A DNA stretch of 64,000 nucleotides. Source: Vitrella brassicaformis CCMP3155 (taxonomy: Eukaryota > Protista > Chromerida). The DNA lies in the NCBI GenBank assembly GCA_001179505.1, contig CDMY01000483.1, forward strand, positions 4,099-68,098, read 5' to 3'. Positions 61,486-64,000 of the stretch are shown one piece after another; position 1 is the first letter of the stretch; each line of letters begins with the position of its first letter. The position numbers were made by a program, and so were the translations under genes. A model generated the notes under the pieces. It was not told the origin of the DNA and made no database searches. It saw only the letters and a program-made list of their open reading frames with translations.

Positions 61486-63190
61486 ATGGGGAATGATGTG
61501 ACGGTGCCCAGCAGCCGGCAGCCCATCCCGCCGGCAAGAGGCAACGAGTCGATAGATTTCATCCATCGCGAGGAGCGAGATGCCATCCACGAACACAGGG
61601 AGGTCGGCATCCTCAGATGCACAGCGACATTCCTCAGGCAGATAGACTTCTCGGCCGCCGTCCTCCGCACTCGGCTGGGGCGCTCCCTCGCGGCGAAACA
61701 GCTCGGCGGCATTATCGCATTTGACACCCAGCTGGAGAGTCCTCTGCTGCTGAAGGCCATCTGGCTGGTGGATACGCAGCAGTGGACCGAGGTGGTCAAC
61801 GCGCTGAAGTTGGCGGCGCAGCTCGGCCGCTGCACTCTACCGCTCACCATGAGTGCACAGCAGCTCCAGAGGCACACCACCAAACAGGTGGGCGGGACGG
61901 ACGGCAGAGGCCAGGAGGGATGGCTCGATAGCTGTGTTGTGTGTCTGTTGTTGTAGGCGTATTTGGCTGAGCCGCGTGTTTTGGCGCTGTGGAAGATGAT
62001 CGGTCGGCACGTCGACCTCGGCGGCAACTACGGCCGTTTTGAGCTGTTCGACCAGCCGGGCGGCGGTGTGCGCGCCCTGCGCGACGAGCCGGGCTTCGAG
62101 CTGACCATAACCCCCCCCCTCCCCCCCGCCCACCCATAGCACCCTCACATCATCAACGACAACCCCCCCGTCATGTCGCGAATCGCGCCGCAGGGGGTCA
62201 GCTGGACGGCCGGTAGTGAGGTGACTACTCATGCATCAATGTCGGAGTTCATCATGGACGTCATCATGTGGACCCCAGTGGCGAATCGGGGTCAAACTCC
62301 TTGGGCTGGGGTGGACCGGTGTGCATGACACCATACACACCCAGACACACAGATCCATGCGAACAGGTATCTGCTCTTTGTGTGGTTCTTTAGGCATGCT
62401 CATGGCGGTATGCTGGACGGCCTCCTAAACCACTCGCCCCACCAGCCGCCCAACGGATGCACCGCCGTCGTGGCGGGCAGGGTGGACGATCACGATCCCC
62501 CTCTCGAGTGTCGGATTCTGCTGCTGACGTCGTTCGACATGCAATTCGTCGCCTATGTCGCTCTCGGCCGCCGTGTCGACACGAACATAGGTGAGGAAGA
62601 AGCAGGTCCTCTGTGCTGATTGAGCCACTCTTTCGGCATGTGCTGTGTCGCTGCATGCAGTGGTTCTGCGTGTTTTCACCACGGAGCCGCCAGTAGGTGG
62701 TGCGTCGGATGCCTTCAAGGACCGCCGGCCGACTACCGCCCCTCTGGTGCGCGGCATGCTGAGCAACAGCATCGCAGACATGGCGCTCAGCAAACAGGAA
62801 GAGGAGGCAGACGATGAGGGTCGGTGAGCACGTCGGTGAGCAGCCGGCCATCGCGTCTCTGTGTGTCGGGTGAATCGAGATGTGTGTGTGTGTGTGTGTG
62901 TTGTGCAGAGGACGGCGCGGACGGTGATGGTGACGATGACGGTGTTAGCGATGAGGGTGAGAGGTGGGGATACGTGTGGGGATGTGTGTGTATGTCGTTG
63001 GGCTCATTCGTATGTCTGCGTGATGTGTGTGTATCTGTACAGATCTGGATGGCAATGGCGATGTCGATCGCGACGATGACCAACAGCAGGAGAAGGAGGA
63101 GGAAGACGGTGAGATGGGCGGAGGAAAAGAGCCAGATCAGCATGACACTCACGCAATCACTGTGTGTCTTATGGATGGATGGACATGAAT
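61486..63190 (+). pseudogene. Same family, copy B (inverted, MGNDVT N-terminus) with an in-frame TAG at 62137 and an acidic tail
   Basis: High similarity to copy A. CCA TAG CAC replaces CCA TAC CAC (HPYHPH). Extra acidic exons at ~62910-63190. Confidence 0.75.
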
Positions 63191-64000
63191 GCGTCAGATG
63201 AGGGTGTGGAGGAGAGGGAGGCTAAGAGAAGGAGGACCGCAGGATGATCGAGGGGACACACGCGCCGTCGGGGTGTCGTGTGGGAGGTGCACTGATTGAG
63301 GATGGACAGGAGGAGAAGAGCAGTCGTATGGACAGACAGCCAGCAGCCCCCTGTGACGCATCCATGCAGTTTTGACACACATCGTACGATGGCATTGATG
63401 TGTCCACGTGTGTGACGAACCTTTTTTGTGTGTGCATACGGTTTGATTGGTGCATGGTGGAACGGCTTTCCGTTTTGGTTTCTGTGTCCACATCAGATCG
63501 GTGTGAATGACTGGACGGGTTCAGACAGCCATTGACCTGATCCATGGGTGGACAGCATACATCAATCACGTGTGTGCGTATATTGCCTGTCGGCAATGAA
63601 CTCTCCGTCTGTCCCGACTAAACCACTCACACTCACCCACGGCCATCGTTTCTTCTGCAGAGGTCACCGACATACTCACCCGACCGATATCGATCGCATC
63701 GACAGAGAGCGGTCATATACAAATGCGTATATATATGTGTGTGTGCAGACAGACAGACATCGGTATACATATGGGCACTCATATGGATCGACCGATCGAT
63801 CGACACAAAACAGAACCACACCAGCGCAACGATGACCTGTCTGACCATGGCCATGGCTCCTCCCCTCAACCAAGCCACCAAAACACTCTTAGATGCAGTC
63901 GTGTCTGTCTTGTCTGAGCATGTGCCTCCGTCGTGAGACGCACGTCGATGCTCATCGTGCTGGGCGGCTGTTCGTGTATCTGTCGCAGAGGCGTGACCTC

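Noticed and set aside
1-64000. tRNA, rRNA, telomeric arrays, intact transposase or reverse transcriptase
   Set aside because: No diagnostic motifs were found on either strand.

Overview
Eukaryotic, GC-rich, very intron-dense DNA. Short GT-AG introns are packed with (CA)n/(GT)n, (GACA)n/(CTGT)n and (ATCC)n/(GGAT)n microsatellites. This style and the gene families suggest a chromerid/apicomplexan-relative alga such as Vitrella (inference, not verified). All gene models below were spliced by eye. Recognisable genes: a Sir2 deacylase, an M20D amidohydrolase, SDA1, a scramblase-like gene, an RRM/low-complexity gene and a decayed S8 subtilisin with Ig-like, NIDO-like and PAN/Apple modules. The most unusual items are five. 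(1) A minus-strand gene splices in phase into an RPA-like OB fold + ubiquitin-like domain + coiled coil + C3HC4 RING. (2) Four BTB/POZ-like + TLDc paralogues have mosaic relationships between their modules. (3) A young chimeric WW-domain gene was built from an inverted partial copy of a neighbouring coiled-coil gene, with all junctions in frame. (4) An inverted head-to-head pair of predicted myristoylated paralogues differs by one intron and one nonsense codon. (5) Introns show a systematic complementary microsatellite polarity, CA-rich at the 5' end and GT-rich at the 3' end. There are three 300-N assembly gaps. No rRNA, tRNA, CRISPR array or intact transposase was seen.
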